This document shows positions 1 to 10,386 of a DNA stretch of 64,000 bases, in pieces. Position numbers and translations under genes: made by a program. The DNA is from Alphaproteobacteria bacterium (GTDB taxonomy: Bacteria; Pseudomonadota; Alphaproteobacteria; JAJFIK01), in NCBI GenBank assembly GCA_050331455.1, contig JBHJGV010000061.1, positions 1,136-65,135 on the forward strand, written 5' to 3'. Numbering within the stretch: position 1 is the stretch's first letter; each line of letters opens with the position of its first letter. A model generated the notes under the pieces. It was not told the origin of the DNA, made no database searches, and saw nothing but the letters and a program-made list of their open reading frames with translations.

Positions 1-1363
1 CGCGGCGCGACTGGAAGCCCTGGATCTGGCCGAGAGCGACCAACTCACCGGGCTCGCCAACCGACGGATCTTCTCGCGCGTCCTGTGGGAGCGCATGGGC
101 GCAGCGGTGAAGGGCGGGTCTGGTTTCGCCCTGATCCTGATCGACCTTGATCGCTTCAAATCCATCAACGATACCTTCGGGCATGCCACTGGGGATGCGC
201 TGTTGGCGGGCGTTGCCCGACGCCTTACGCGTCTTTGCAAAGATTATCCGGGCTGCATCGCCGCGCGCCTCGGCGGCGATGAGTTCGCCATGATCTGCGA
301 GGACACGGAAAACGGCGCCGCCGCCGAGCGGCTCGCCGCCCGCCTTGTGGAGGCCATGCGCGCCCCCGTCACAACGGACCATGCGGTGGTCTATCCCACC
401 GTGTCCGTCGGCCTCGCCCATTGCCCCCAGGACGCGCGCATGGTCGAAGACCTGCAATGGATGGCCGATGTGGCCCTTTATGCCGCCAAGTCCGAGGGCC
501 GGAACCGGTGGCGAAAATCCGACCCGGACATGATTGCCGCCGTCGAGGAGCGCCAGATCCTCGTGAGCGGGATGCGCGATGCCTCGTTCACGGACCAGCT
601 GGAGATCTGGTATCAACCCCAGACCTGCCTGCGGACCGGGCGCGTGGTGGGCCTCGAAGCTCTGATCCGCTGGAACCATCCCATCTTTGGTCTGTTGATG
701 CCGGCGAGTTTCGTCCGCCATGCCGAGGACCATGACCTGATCGGCACGCTGACAGAACATGTCATCCTGAAAGCACTGGAAGAGACCGCGCCCTGGTTCC
801 ATGGCGGCCTGATCGACCAACTCGCCATCAATATTTCCGGCCACGACCTGAAGGATGGCACGCTGTTGACCGCCCTACGGCGCAGTCTGACGAAATGGGA
901 TCTGCCGCCGACAATGGTCGAACTGGAGGTCACGGAGAGTTTTTTCCTGTGGAATCTGGAGGAGACCTTCACGGCCCTGCAGGCCCTGGGCGGGGACGGC
1001 ATCCGCATCGCGCTCGATGATTTCGGAACGGGCTATTCGAGCCTGACCTATTTGCGGACGCTGCCGATCAACACGATCAAGATCGACAAAAGCTTCGTCT
1101 TCGATTGCGACACCAACCCCAACTCCCTGGCCATCGTTCAGGCGATCATTGGGCTGGCCCGCTCGCTCGATATGGAGACCGTGGCCGAAGGGGTGGAGAC
1201 GGACGGGCAGAAGGACGTATTGGCGCGCCTCGGCACCACACGCATGCAGGGCTTTCAGCACAGCCGGCCGATGCCGCGAACGGCGTGCGATGCCTTTTTA
1301 AGAGACGCGGCCCAATTCTTGGAAGCTGGCCCCGGGCCATGGGCCGTCACCCGGCGCGCGTAA
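1..1363 (+). CDS. GGDEF-EAL diguanylate cyclase/phosphodiesterase (5' partial)
   Basis: Frame is open from the window start (DQLTGLANRR), followed by DLDRFKSIND, GGDEF, EALIRW and DDFGTGYSSL. Confidence 0.95.
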   Translation, partial: AARLEALDLAESDQLTGLANRRIFSRVLWERMGAAVKGGSGFALILIDLDRFKSINDTFGHATGDALLAGVARRLTRLCKDYPGCIAARLGGDEFAMICEDTENGAAAERLAARLVEAMRAPVTTDHAVVYPTVSVGLAHCPQDARMVEDLQWMADVALYAAKSEGRNRWRKSDPDMIAAVEERQILVSGMRDASFTDQLEIWYQPQTCLRTGRVVGLEALIRWNHPIFGLLMPASFVRHAEDHDLIGTLTEHVILKALEETAPWFHGGLIDQLAINISGHDLKDGTLLTALRRSLTKWDLPPTMVELEVTESFFLWNLEETFTALQALGGDGIRIALDDFGTGYSSLTYLRTLPINTIKIDKSFVFDCDTNPNSLAIVQAIIGLARSLDMETVAEGVETDGQKDVLARLGTTRMQGFQHSRPMPRTACDAFLRDAAQFLEAGPGPWAVTRRA

Positions 1364-2336
1364 CGGCCTCGCCCAGCGCCTCACCGGACATCCAGGCATC
1401 CTCGACCGTGGGGCCAAGGCACCAATCGCCGCAGGCGCCAACGCCCCGCCCCGGATCGAACAGGCATGGCGTATCGAGGGCCGCTTCCACCCGGGCATAG
1501 CGCCAGCGGTGGGCCGCCAGATATACCGGATCCGGAACGGCGACCCCCATTCGGCCCATCACGTCCTGAAACGCATCGAGCAGGCGCGGCGCCATGTCGG
1601 TCTTTTCCGCCTCCAGATGATCGCGCGTCCAGGACGCCGCCCCGTGCATCACCCAGGTCGGTGTACCCGACCGCCCCGGTTTGGCCCCGTCATGGACGAT
1701 GAGGTCGAGCGCGGCGTCGGCGACGGTCGCGGCTTCGAAGGACACGCCCGGCAACGGATCGGCGAAAGCGGCCAGGCCGGTCCAGACCGGTCTGTAACGA
1801 GATTGGGCGACTCGTTCGGCGAGGTCGGGCAGGCCGGCGAGCAGAACCGCAGCCTGGTTCGCCGGAATGGCCAGCAGGACCAGGTCATAAGGACCATGGA
1901 GGCCGCCGGTCTTGGTCACCAGCCCCCACCCTCGGTCCGAGCGAGTCAGCGCCGAGACGTCTTCGCCGAATTGAACACGGAGCGCATCCCCGCCCAGCAA
2001 GGCATTCATCTTCGGCGTGCCGACCCACCGGCGCGGGCTGTCCGTCGGATCAAGCGCGAAACCGTCGGCGGTGACGGTGCCGAACCGTCCGGTCCACGGC
2101 GCTGCGCGCCCGTCCGCGCTCCAGGCCTCCAACACGGCCTCGAAGGCCGGCGTTCGGGCGTGCACGAAAGGCAGCCCATGATCGAACTGAAGTCCCCCAT
2201 CCGCCCGGCGGGTGGCCGCCCGACCGCCGGGGCCGCGTCCCTTGTCCAGGATGTCGCAGGACACACCTGCTTGTGCGAGGCGGGCGGCGCAAGCCAGTCC
2301 CGCAAAACCCGCGCCGACGATTGCCACCGGTGTCAT
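1347..2336 (-). CDS. Renalase-like FAD/NAD(P)-dependent oxidoreductase
   Basis: VGAGFAG, DKGRGPGGRAATRR, FDHG, HRWRYA, CGDWC motifs; SD-like GAAAGG before the ATG at 2336. Confidence 0.88.
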   Translation of the reverse strand: MTPVAIVGAGFAGLACAARLAQAGVSCDILDKGRGPGGRAATRRADGGLQFDHGLPFVHARTPAFEAVLEAWSADGRAAPWTGRFGTVTADGFALDPTDSPRRWVGTPKMNALLGGDALRVQFGEDVSALTRSDRGWGLVTKTGGLHGPYDLVLLAIPANQAAVLLAGLPDLAERVAQSRYRPVWTGLAAFADPLPGVSFEAATVADAALDLIVHDGAKPGRSGTPTWVMHGAASWTRDHLEAEKTDMAPRLLDAFQDVMGRMGVAVPDPVYLAAHRWRYARVEAALDTPCLFDPGRGVGACGDWCLGPTVEDAWMSGEALGEAVTRAG

Positions 2337-2399
2337 GGGATCCACCTTTCGTTATGAGTTGGCACCACGTCGAGAGGACGCCCGCGCGGGAGGATCATC

Positions 2400-3986
2400 A
2401 TCAAACCTGAACCGTTTCACATCGTCTGGTTCAAACGGGATTTGCGCGTGGGCGACCATGCGCCGCTCCATGGGGCTGCCCAGGCCGGCCCGGTGCTGCC
2501 TTTGTATATCGTGGAGCCGGAGCTGTGGTGCCAGCCGGAACATTCGGGGCGCCAATGGGCCTTTATCACCGAGTGCCTCACGGAACTGCGCCGCGATCTT
2601 GCAAGCCTGGGTCAGCCCCTCATCATTCGCGTGGGCCAGGCCGTCGAGATCCTGTCGGACCTGGCGGACCGGGGGGCAGCGTCCCTCTGGTCCCATGAGG
2701 AGACGGGCCAGATGTGGACCTTTGAGCGGGATAAGGCGGTTGCCCACTGGGCCCGCGCCCGCGGCCTGCCCTGGCATGAGATCCCCCAGCACGGCATCAT
2801 CCGCCCTCTGAAAACACGCAATGGCTGGGCCGGCAAATGGGACCGGCGCATGGGCAAGCCGGTGACCCCGATCCCGGCGCTGAAACCGGTCGAGGGCATC
2901 GAGCCGGGGCCAATCCCGTCGGCGGACGACCTCGGTCTTGCGCCCGATCCGTGTCCGGAGCGCCAGAGCGGCGGCCGGGAAGCGGGTCTTGATTCCCTCT
3001 ACACCTTCCTGCACGAGCGCGGGCGGGACTACCGCAAGGCCATGTCGAGCCCGAACACGGCTTTCACGGCCTGTTCGCGCCTCAGCCCCCATTTCGCCTG
3101 GGGCACCGTGTCAATCCGCGAAGCCTATCAGGCCGCCCGCGAGCGCCAGGACAGCCTGCGGGCCGACGCCAGTCCGGACACTCTGCCCTGGCGACAGTCG
3201 ATTGACAGTTTCATCGGCCGACTGCATTGGCACTGCCACTTCATGCAGAAACTGGAGGATGAAACCCGCATCGAGTTCGAAAATCTCCACCGCGGCTATG
3301 ACGGCATGCGCGAGGACGGGTTCGACCGCAGCCGTTTCGAGGCCTGGTGCGCGGGCGAAACGGGACTCCCGTTTCTCGACGCCTGTATGCGGACCCTGAA
3401 CCGAACCGGATATCTGAATTTCCGCATGCGGGCCATGGTCATGTCCTGTTCGTCCTATCATCTCTGGCTGCACTGGCGCGAGCCGTCCCTGTTCCTCGCC
3501 CGTCAGTTTACGGATTTCGAGCCCGGCATTCATTATCCCCAATCCCAGATGCAGTCCGGCACCACCGGCATCAACACCGTGCGGATCTATAATCCCGTGA
3601 AACAGGGCAAGGACCACGACCCGGACGGACGGTTCATCCGCCAGGCGATCCCGGCCCTGGAGTCCGTACCCGATAAATATATCCACGAGCCCTGGAAAAT
3701 GCCGGCCGGCGTTGCAAAGGACTGCGGGGTGCGCATGGGGTCGGACTATCCGGACCCCATCATCGATCCTGTCGCAGCGGCGCGCGCGGCGAAAGAAAAG
3801 GTGTATGCCGCCCGGCGCGGTCCGGCTTTCCGCGATGAGGCCGATGCCATCCAGGCCAAGCACGGCAGCCGCAAGAGCGGCATGTCCCAGGTCTCCGACC
3901 GCCGCGGCGCCGCCCGGCGCAAACAGGCCGACAAAGACCAGATGGCCATGGATCTGGGCGATGACGGAGCGGTGGCCGAGGGATGA
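2400..3986 (+). CDS. Cryptochrome/DNA photolyase family flavoprotein
   Basis: N-terminal IVWFKRDLR (mostly upstream of the ORF-track TTG), [34 protein letters not shown]; start inferred at ATC 2400. Confidence 0.9.
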   Translation: MKPEPFHIVWFKRDLRVGDHAPLHGAAQAGPVLPLYIVEPELWCQPEHSGRQWAFITECLTELRRDLASLGQPLIIRVGQAVEILSDLADRGAASLWSHEETGQMWTFERDKAVAHWARARGLPWHEIPQHGIIRPLKTRNGWAGKWDRRMGKPVTPIPALKPVEGIEPGPIPSADDLGLAPDPCPERQSGGREAGLDSLYTFLHERGRDYRKAMSSPNTAFTACSRLSPHFAWGTVSIREAYQAARERQDSLRADASPDTLPWRQSIDSFIGRLHWHCHFMQKLEDETRIEFENLHRGYDGMREDGFDRSRFEAWCAGETGLPFLDACMRTLNRTGYLNFRMRAMVMSCSSYHLWLHWREPSLFLARQFTDFEPGIHYPQSQMQSGTTGINTVRIYNPVKQGKDHDPDGRFIRQAIPALESVPDKYIHEPWKMPAGVAKDCGVRMGSDYPDPIIDPVAAARAAKEKVYAARRGPAFRDEADAIQAKHGSRKSGMSQVSDRRGAARRKQADKDQMAMDLGDDGAVAEG

Positions 3987-4135
3987 AAAAGTCCGACCTG
4001 CCCACGAAAATCTGCCCGATCTGCGGGCGCCCTTTCACCTGGCGTAAAAAATGGGCCCGGGACTGGGAACAGGTGAAATACTGCTCCAAACGCTGCGCCG
4101 GCGAGCGGAAGAAAAGCGCTCAGCACACGGCCTAG
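3983..4135 (+). CDS. DUF2256 small Cys-rich protein (not in ORF track)
   Basis: Translated by hand as [38 protein letters not shown]...; ATGA overlap with the photolyase stop. Confidence 0.9.
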   Translation: MKKSDLPTKICPICGRPFTWRKKWARDWEQVKYCSKRCAGERKKSAQHTA

Positions 4136-4207
4136 GCGCCCGTTTGGCAAGGCCCACCCCGAACCCATGGGTCCGGTGTGCGGCCAAATAAGCGGATGCT
4201 CGGCCTG

Positions 4208-4447
4208 TCAGAGAGTGCTGTGGGAGCCGTCGCACAGGCCCGGATTGCCGGTCCGTTTGCAGGTGCAGAAAAAGACCGTTCGGTTCTGTTCGGCCTTGTA
4301 GGGAACGGGCGTGAAGGACGTGCCCTTGTGCGAGCCGTCGCAGAAGGGTTGGTTTACAGACTTTCCACAAGAACACCAGAAATACGTCTTACCGGCTTCG
4401 ACATCGACGCCAATCGGCGTGGTTCCAGCTACCACGGGTTCGTCCAT
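4208..4447 (-). CDS. CDGSH iron-sulfur domain protein (two CDGSH motifs, MiNT/Miner2-like)
   Basis: WCSCGKSVNQPFCDGSH and FCTCKRTGNPGLCDGSH; AAGGAGAGG SD. Confidence 0.92.
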   Translation of the reverse strand: MDEPVVAGTTPIGVDVEAGKTYFWCSCGKSVNQPFCDGSHKGTSFTPVPYKAEQNRTVFFCTCKRTGNPGLCDGSHSTL

Positions 4448-4509
4448 CGGTCCTCTCCTTGACATAATCCGCCACATTTCGCTTCACGGTAGCATGGGTT
4501 TGCGCCGGG

Positions 4510-5445
4510 TCAATCGCCGCCCGCCCCAGGTGCAAGCCGGGCCGTGGCCGTGTGGTGCAAGATCGCGTGGCGGCGGGCCAGGGCGTCGATATCACTGGAG
4601 TAGCCGCCGCCGATCACACCCACGAGCGGAATGGAGCGCTGCCATGCGGCATCAATGATCAGACGGTCCCGTGCCGCAAGGCCTTCATCGCTCAGGGACA
4701 GCCGGCCCAGCCGGTCCTCCGCATGGGGATCGACACCGGCATTGTAAAAGACGATATCGGGGCGGACATAATCGATCAGCGCCGGGACATGTTCTTCGAG
4801 GACGGCAAGATAGGCGGCATCGTCGGTCCCGTCCGGCAGGCCCAGATCCAGGTCGCTTTTCTGTTTGCGGACGGGAAAATTATTTTCGCCGTGGACGGAA
4901 AAGGTGAACACCCGACTGTCGTCCAGAAAGATCTCAGCCGTCCCGTCGCCCTGGTGCACGTCGAGGTCGATGACCAGAACGCGCCCCACGGCTCCCTCCT
5001 CCAACAGGACCCGCGACGCCACGGCCACATCGTTGAACACACTGAACCCCGCCCCATGGCCGGAGGCCGCGTGGTGGGACCCGCCGGCCGTGTTGCAGGC
5101 GATGCCGCCCGAAAGGGCGAGGCGCGCGGCCAGGATGGTTCCGCCTGTGGCGAGACGGGAGCGGCGGGCCACCCGATCCGTGACCGGCAGGCCGATCCGC
5201 CGAACCGCTTCCCGCGACAGGGTGCCGTCGATCACGCCGGCCACATAGGCCGGCTCATGGGCAAGCTCCAGCCAGGCGATCGGTGCAGGCTCGGGCACCC
5301 AGAACCCGTCGGCAGCGATAAGGCCGTCCGCGACCAGCACATCCCGGAGGCGGCCGAACTTCGCCATGGGAAAGCGGTGGCCGTCCGGAAGGCTCGCCAC
5401 ATAATCCGGATGGTGGGTGATGGGCAGGGAGGCGGTCGTGTTCAT
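4510..5445 (-). CDS. Histone deacetylase family Zn-dependent amidohydrolase
   Basis: HRFPMAKF, GGSHHA, GFSVFND, DLDVHQGDG, AGVDPH..DRLG, GGGY. Confidence 0.92.
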   Translation of the reverse strand: MNTTASLPITHHPDYVASLPDGHRFPMAKFGRLRDVLVADGLIAADGFWVPEPAPIAWLELAHEPAYVAGVIDGTLSREAVRRIGLPVTDRVARRSRLATGGTILAARLALSGGIACNTAGGSHHAASGHGAGFSVFNDVAVASRVLLEEGAVGRVLVIDLDVHQGDGTAEIFLDDSRVFTFSVHGENNFPVRKQKSDLDLGLPDGTDDAAYLAVLEEHVPALIDYVRPDIVFYNAGVDPHAEDRLGRLSLSDEGLAARDRLIIDAAWQRSIPLVGVIGGGYSSDIDALARRHAILHHTATARLAPGAGGD

Positions 5446-5518
5446 GGGGCACAAGCTTGCCCTGCCGCAGACCCGCCGCCAAGCTGCCGCCGACACCCAA
5501 GGGCGAGAGGGCGGCGAG

Positions 5519-6883
5519 ATGGCACGGGACAGCGACGGATCGGCGGTGGCGGCACGCATGACACGGGCCGAGGTCTGGCGCCTCGCCTGGCCCATCATGC
5601 TGGCGAATGTCTCCATTCCGCTGCTCGGCCTCGCCGATACGGCCGTCATCGGCAATGTGGGCACGACGGCCAGCCTGGGCGCGATCGCCATCGGCGCCAT
5701 CCTGTTCAACTTCATCTATTGGGGATTTGGCTTTCTGCGCATGGGCACGACGGGCCTCGTCTCCCAGGCTTACGGCGCGGAGGACGGGCTGGAACTGAAG
5801 GCCACCCTTGCGCGCGCCTTTGTGGTGGCCGGCGCCATCGGCATCCTGCTCATGGCCGGCCAGACCGTGATCGCCTGGGCCGCCCTGCCTCTGTTCGCTG
5901 CCGAGCCGCCCGTGGAGGCTTTGGCGCGGACCTATTACGGCATTCGCATCTGGGGCGCGCCGGCGGTGCTCGGTCAATATGTGGTGCTCGGCTGGTTCAT
6001 CGGATCCCAGGACAGCCGGCCGGTGCTCATTCTCCAGATTTTCCAGAATCTGACCAATATCGCCCTCAATCTGATTTTGGTCCTGGGTTTCGATCTCGGC
6101 GTTGCGGGCGTGGCCTTCGGGACCCTGGCGGCGGAGGCCTTGACGCTCCTTCTCGGTCTTTGGATGATCCGTCTGCGTCTTGACCGCACGCCCCTGCTGA
6201 AGGCTGCCCCGGCCCTGACCCGCGCGCGCGTATTCGACCCACCGGCGCTCATGCGCACATTCACCGTGAACCGGGACATCATGTTGCGCACGCTGTTTCT
6301 GGTGGCCGGGTTTTCCTGGTTCACGGCCATGGGCTCGCGCCTGGGCCCCACGACACTCGCCGGCAACCATGTGTTGATGCAGTTCTTGGCTTTCAGCGCC
6401 TTTTTCCTGGACGGCTGGGCGATCGCCGCCGAGGGATTGGTGGGCCGCGCCGTCGGCGGGCGCTCGCGGGCGGCCTTCGAGCGGGCCGTGCGCCTGTCCA
6501 CGGAGCTGGCGGCAGTCACCTCCCTCGGGCTGACGGTTTTGTTTTTCGCAGGCGGACCCTGGGCCATCCGTGGGCTGACCGACATCGAAGCGGTGCGCGC
6601 GGCCGCGATGACCTTTCTGCCCTATGCCGCACTCCATCCCGTTATCGGCGTCTGGTGTTTCCAGTTCGACGGCATTTTCGTCGGCGCGACCCGGTCCCAG
6701 GCCATGCGCAATGCCATGCTGGAATCCTTCGTGCTCTATCTGGCGGCGTGGTGGCTGCTGCAGCCCTGGGGCAATCACGGCCTGTGGGCGGCATTCCTGA
6801 TCTTTTTCGCAGCGCGGGGGGCCACCCTGGCAGTGCGGTACCGGGCCCTGTCGGCCAGCCTCGGTCCTCAGCCGTCGAATTGA
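5519..6883 (+). CDS. MATE family efflux transporter (DinF-like)
   Basis: LAWPIMLANVSIPLLGLADTAVIG, FGFLRMGTTG; about 12 hydrophobic segments. Confidence 0.92.
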   Translation: MARDSDGSAVAARMTRAEVWRLAWPIMLANVSIPLLGLADTAVIGNVGTTASLGAIAIGAILFNFIYWGFGFLRMGTTGLVSQAYGAEDGLELKATLARAFVVAGAIGILLMAGQTVIAWAALPLFAAEPPVEALARTYYGIRIWGAPAVLGQYVVLGWFIGSQDSRPVLILQIFQNLTNIALNLILVLGFDLGVAGVAFGTLAAEALTLLLGLWMIRLRLDRTPLLKAAPALTRARVFDPPALMRTFTVNRDIMLRTLFLVAGFSWFTAMGSRLGPTTLAGNHVLMQFLAFSAFFLDGWAIAAEGLVGRAVGGRSRAAFERAVRLSTELAAVTSLGLTVLFFAGGPWAIRGLTDIEAVRAAAMTFLPYAALHPVIGVWCFQFDGIFVGATRSQAMRNAMLESFVLYLAAWWLLQPWGNHGLWAAFLIFFAARGATLAVRYRALSASLGPQPSN

Positions 6884-6999
6884 TCTTCGGACGAAATGGG
6901 GCACGCCCGGTCTTGGCCGGCTGTCTCTAAATCGCTGACCCAACAGTCATCGATAAGGCCGGGCCAGTCTTGCGGCGCCGCGCAGGCGGGAACCCCGGC

Positions 7000-8028
7000 T
7001 CAGACATCGGGTGCGCGCTCCCGTGCATCGGTCGCCAGCCAGGCCTCGGCCGCATTGCGCCCCAGCCGGAACAGCGTTTCCACCAATTGCATATTGGGGT
7101 TCAGGGCTTGGGAAAACGTACCCAGTGGCATATGGGCCGCGCCGTCGATCTGGCTCAGCCGGTGGTTCTGGATGCGGGCCAGCAGGGTATCCGGGGCCGG
7201 CTTCACCTCCGTCGAGAGCTTCTTGAGGCGGTGATACTGGTCAAGCTCGCCAATCAGACCACGGTTGAACAACATTTGGGCGCTATCCATGGCCTGGGCG
7301 AAGGGGCGGGCGCTCTCCCCACCGATGCCCGTCGGCAGGATGCGGATCAGCAGGGTCTCATCGGCCGGGCTTTCCTCGATTAAGGAGAGCAGCGGCGGAT
7401 TGAGGCTCAAGCCCCCGTCCACATAAAGCCGCCCGTTGATTTCGACCGGTCGGTGCAGGAGTGGCAAACAGGCGGACGCCATCAGCACCGGAAGGGTGAT
7501 ATCCGCATTCCGGAACAGCTCTGCCTGTTCCGTTTTCAAATCGGTTGCCGCGATGACAAGGGGCACCGAGGCCGAGTCGCAAAGGGCTGTGATGTCCACA
7601 TGCCGGTCGACCAGTTGGCGCAAATTGGTCTCGCTGGAGCCGCCGCTGAGGGCCGGATTGAACAGGGCCGTCATGGCCCGGACCATCCCGCTCTGGCCCA
7701 TGGGTCCCGATCCGGCGCGGGCGGCATCGCGCCAGAATCCTTCGAGGCGGGCGCGCGCGGCCTCCGGGCCGCCTCTCACGAGGCCGCTGGCCAGGAGGGT
7801 CGCATTCATGGCCCCTGCCGAGGCCCCGCTTGCAGCGGTAATGCGCACATGCCGGCTTTCCAGCAGCCGGTCCAGAACCCCCCAAGTGAAGGCCCCGAGC
7901 GCCCCGCCGCCCTGGAGTGCGACATTCACCCGTCTGCGCCGGGTCGTGGGCCCTTGGCCCGGTTTGAACCAGCGAAACCCTGGCACCATTTCCACCATGG
8001 TCTTGAGAAAGCGGGCCAGTTTGCCCAA
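7000..8028 (-). CDS. Patatin-like phospholipase family protein
   Basis: LQGGGALGAF glycine loop, GASAG nucleophile elbow, DGG motif. Confidence 0.9.
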   Translation of the reverse strand: MGKLARFLKTMVEMVPGFRWFKPGQGPTTRRRRVNVALQGGGALGAFTWGVLDRLLESRHVRITAASGASAGAMNATLLASGLVRGGPEAARARLEGFWRDAARAGSGPMGQSGMVRAMTALFNPALSGGSSETNLRQLVDRHVDITALCDSASVPLVIAATDLKTEQAELFRNADITLPVLMASACLPLLHRPVEINGRLYVDGGLSLNPPLLSLIEESPADETLLIRILPTGIGGESARPFAQAMDSAQMLFNRGLIGELDQYHRLKKLSTEVKPAPDTLLARIQNHRLSQIDGAAHMPLGTFSQALNPNMQLVETLFRLGRNAAEAWLATDARERAPDV

Positions 8029-8057
8029 GCCGGCCCCCGGTCATGTCATGGGCGGGA

Positions 8058-8753
8058 TCACTCGACGGACCGCCCCGTTTGCGTTTCCGGGGACACTCCG
8101 TCCCCGGATTGGGCCCGATCGCTTTTGACCGGGGCACTCTCGTGCGGACGCCAGATCTGGGTCTTGCACAATAGGAAGATACAGGCTTGCAACTCGACGG
8201 CTTCGTCATCGCGGAAGGCGAGCCGGGCCTTGTAGTCCTTGCCGTCGTCGGGATTGTAGATGCGACCCCCGACCCATTTATCGGCTTGCTGATCTTTTCG
8301 CTCCAGACCCCACAGCACCATCATGCCCATGAGGCGGCGGGACTGGAGATCCGGATCCGGATTTTTGAGGTCCTTTCGAACGGACCCGTCCGCTTCGGCC
8401 AGCCGGCGCAGCCAGACGATCCGGCCGCACAGCTCATTATCTTCGCAAGGATAGAGCTCGATTCTGGTGTCGGCACCCTCCCGGGCATAAATGCCCATCG
8501 AATCCGGCACCGGCGCCAGGGCCAGCCGCTCCTCACGGCTCGGCGTGCCATCGGGAAACTCGGCCTGGTGTTCGGGGGCCGGTGCCGTCTCGGCCGCGGC
8601 GTCGCTTGTCTCGCTCGACTGGGCCCATGCCAACGGGACCCATGCCACAGGACCGGCCAAAACCATGGCGACGGCGACCCCCATGAAGAAGGCGCCGAGG
8701 CCGAGGCCACGGCCGGGGGCCGCCTGGGCAAAGGATGATCGGGGCAAAGTCAT
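8058..8753 (-). CDS. DUF2147 domain exported protein
   Basis: Signal-like hydrophobic segment, LCGRIVW, D.KNPDP..R.LMG, GRIYNPDDGKDY, CKTQIW. Confidence 0.8.
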   Translation of the reverse strand: MTLPRSSFAQAAPGRGLGLGAFFMGVAVAMVLAGPVAWVPLAWAQSSETSDAAAETAPAPEHQAEFPDGTPSREERLALAPVPDSMGIYAREGADTRIELYPCEDNELCGRIVWLRRLAEADGSVRKDLKNPDPDLQSRRLMGMMVLWGLERKDQQADKWVGGRIYNPDDGKDYKARLAFRDDEAVELQACIFLLCKTQIWRPHESAPVKSDRAQSGDGVSPETQTGRSVE

Positions 8754-9078
8754 GGACTTCCACTCCGGCTGCCGGCCACGCACCTGCGCGGTCGGCCATG
8801 CCTGCACAATGTGATGTGTCATAGCCTCTCTTCCAAAGGGCATCAATGCAGCCATCGGACGACAGCGCGCAACCGGTGGCGCGGAGCTGCGTTGCGCGCG
8901 CATATTGACCTCAAGATTGGGGCACTGCGGCGTCGCTTGCGGGTGTTTTTTCCGGCATGGTGCCCTTCATGTAAGCATGGCCCGGCCCCTGCAGGGACCC
9001 CATCGCTCGAAGGGGCCGCCCCAATCGCGCGGCAGCCGGATTGAGTTGGAGCCGGATCGAGTTGGAGATCGACGCACC

Positions 9079-9765
9079 ATGGTGACACTGCATACGCCGC
9101 CCGCGGACGCGTCCGCGGGTGCGACCGACCCGGCGACGCTGCCCCCTGTCCCCGAAATCGAGACCACGCCAGGGGCCGCCCTTGAGCGGATGCGTCTCGA
9201 GGCCATGGGGGAGCGGACGGCCCTCGAAGCCGCACCGCGGATGCTGGCCTTGCTTGGGCCCAGTCTCGATCTGGAGGCCTATTGGGAAATCCTGGCGCGG
9301 TTTTACGGCTTTTATCGCGGTATGGAGCCATGGCTCGCCCAGGCTGTCGAAGAGTGTGCCGTACCGCTGTCCATGGGCAAGCGCTGGCGCTCTCCGGTCA
9401 TCGAGCAGGACCTGTTGGCCCTGGGCACGGCCCATGACGGGGTGGTCAACCTGCCCGTCTGTCCGGCCCCGCCCATTCCGCCGACCCTGCCGGATGGTCT
9501 CGGCATGCTTTATGTCTTCGAGATCCTCGCGCGGTCCATGCCCGTGGTCGGGCGCCATCTGGCGCGCACGCTCCGGGTCCAGGCCACGGGCGGCGCAGCC
9601 TATTTTGCCGGATACGGACCGGAAAGCGTGCGCCTGTGGCGGATTTATGGGGATGTGGCGCAAAAGGCCCTGACCCAGGATGCAGACCAGAAAAGCGCAG
9701 TCCTCTCGGCACGGAACACCTATCTGGCCCTGGAGCGCTGGCTCTCGTTGCGCAACCCGCGCTAA
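9079..9765 (+). CDS. Heme-oxygenase (BphO-like) fold protein with degenerate catalytic motifs
   Basis: Y..ILARFYGFY..ME, QDLLALG, LGMLYVFE, AYFAGYG...W pattern; GGAG SD. Confidence 0.7.
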   Translation: MVTLHTPPADASAGATDPATLPPVPEIETTPGAALERMRLEAMGERTALEAAPRMLALLGPSLDLEAYWEILARFYGFYRGMEPWLAQAVEECAVPLSMGKRWRSPVIEQDLLALGTAHDGVVNLPVCPAPPIPPTLPDGLGMLYVFEILARSMPVVGRHLARTLRVQATGGAAYFAGYGPESVRLWRIYGDVAQKALTQDADQKSAVLSARNTYLALERWLSLRNPR

Positions 9766-9803
9766 CCCTCCGCCGAAACCCGACGTGCCCGCGCACCGCA
9801 GTG

Positions 9804-10274
9804 TCAGTCCCTGGCCCACCAGTGGGTGCGGGGCCGGCGCCCGGCCAGTTCCTCCAGGCGGTACCGGATACCCTTGGGAATGCCGTCCGGCAGGGCGTCC
9901 AGCGGGAAAAAGGCCGTCTCGGCAATCTCAAAACTCTTTTTGGGCACCCGGTGCCACTGGCGGGCCAGATAGACGGCAATATGATCCGTGTAACGCGGTC
10001 CGATATTGGTATAGACGCCCCAAAGGTCCAGGGGACCGTCGATCACCACGCCGGTTTCTTCCCAGGTTTCGCGGATGGCACCATCGGGCAGGCATTCGCG
10101 CCGGTTCACGCCGCCTCCGGGCAGATGCCAGCCGTTCCGGTAGGTCTGGCGGACCATGAGCACGCGATCCTCAGCGTCCACGACGAGGCATGCCACACCG
10201 ACCCGCGCCGGTTTGATCAGTGTCAGGATCGGATAGGTCAGGGTCTCCCAGACCATCACGACTATGCGGAGCAT
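9804..10274 (-). CDS. NUDIX hydrolase
   Basis: WHLPGGGVNRRECLPDGAIRETWEETG Nudix box. Confidence 0.9.
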   Translation of the reverse strand: MLRIVVMVWETLTYPILTLIKPARVGVACLVVDAEDRVLMVRQTYRNGWHLPGGGVNRRECLPDGAIRETWEETGVVIDGPLDLWGVYTNIGPRYTDHIAVYLARQWHRVPKKSFEIAETAFFPLDALPDGIPKGIRYRLEELAGRRPRTHWWARD

Positions 10275-10386
10275 TGGACCCTCTTCGACTGCGGGCGGTG
10301 GTCCCGCGGGCTCTTAACGAAGTATCAGCATACGACCGCTAGTTTCAGCGGACGGGAAGTCATTTGTTCAGCCGGATTATCACCCC

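Noticed and set aside
2360-2398. TGATCC on the minus strand as an RpoE-type -35 element
   Set aside because: No matching -10 element at the expected spacing
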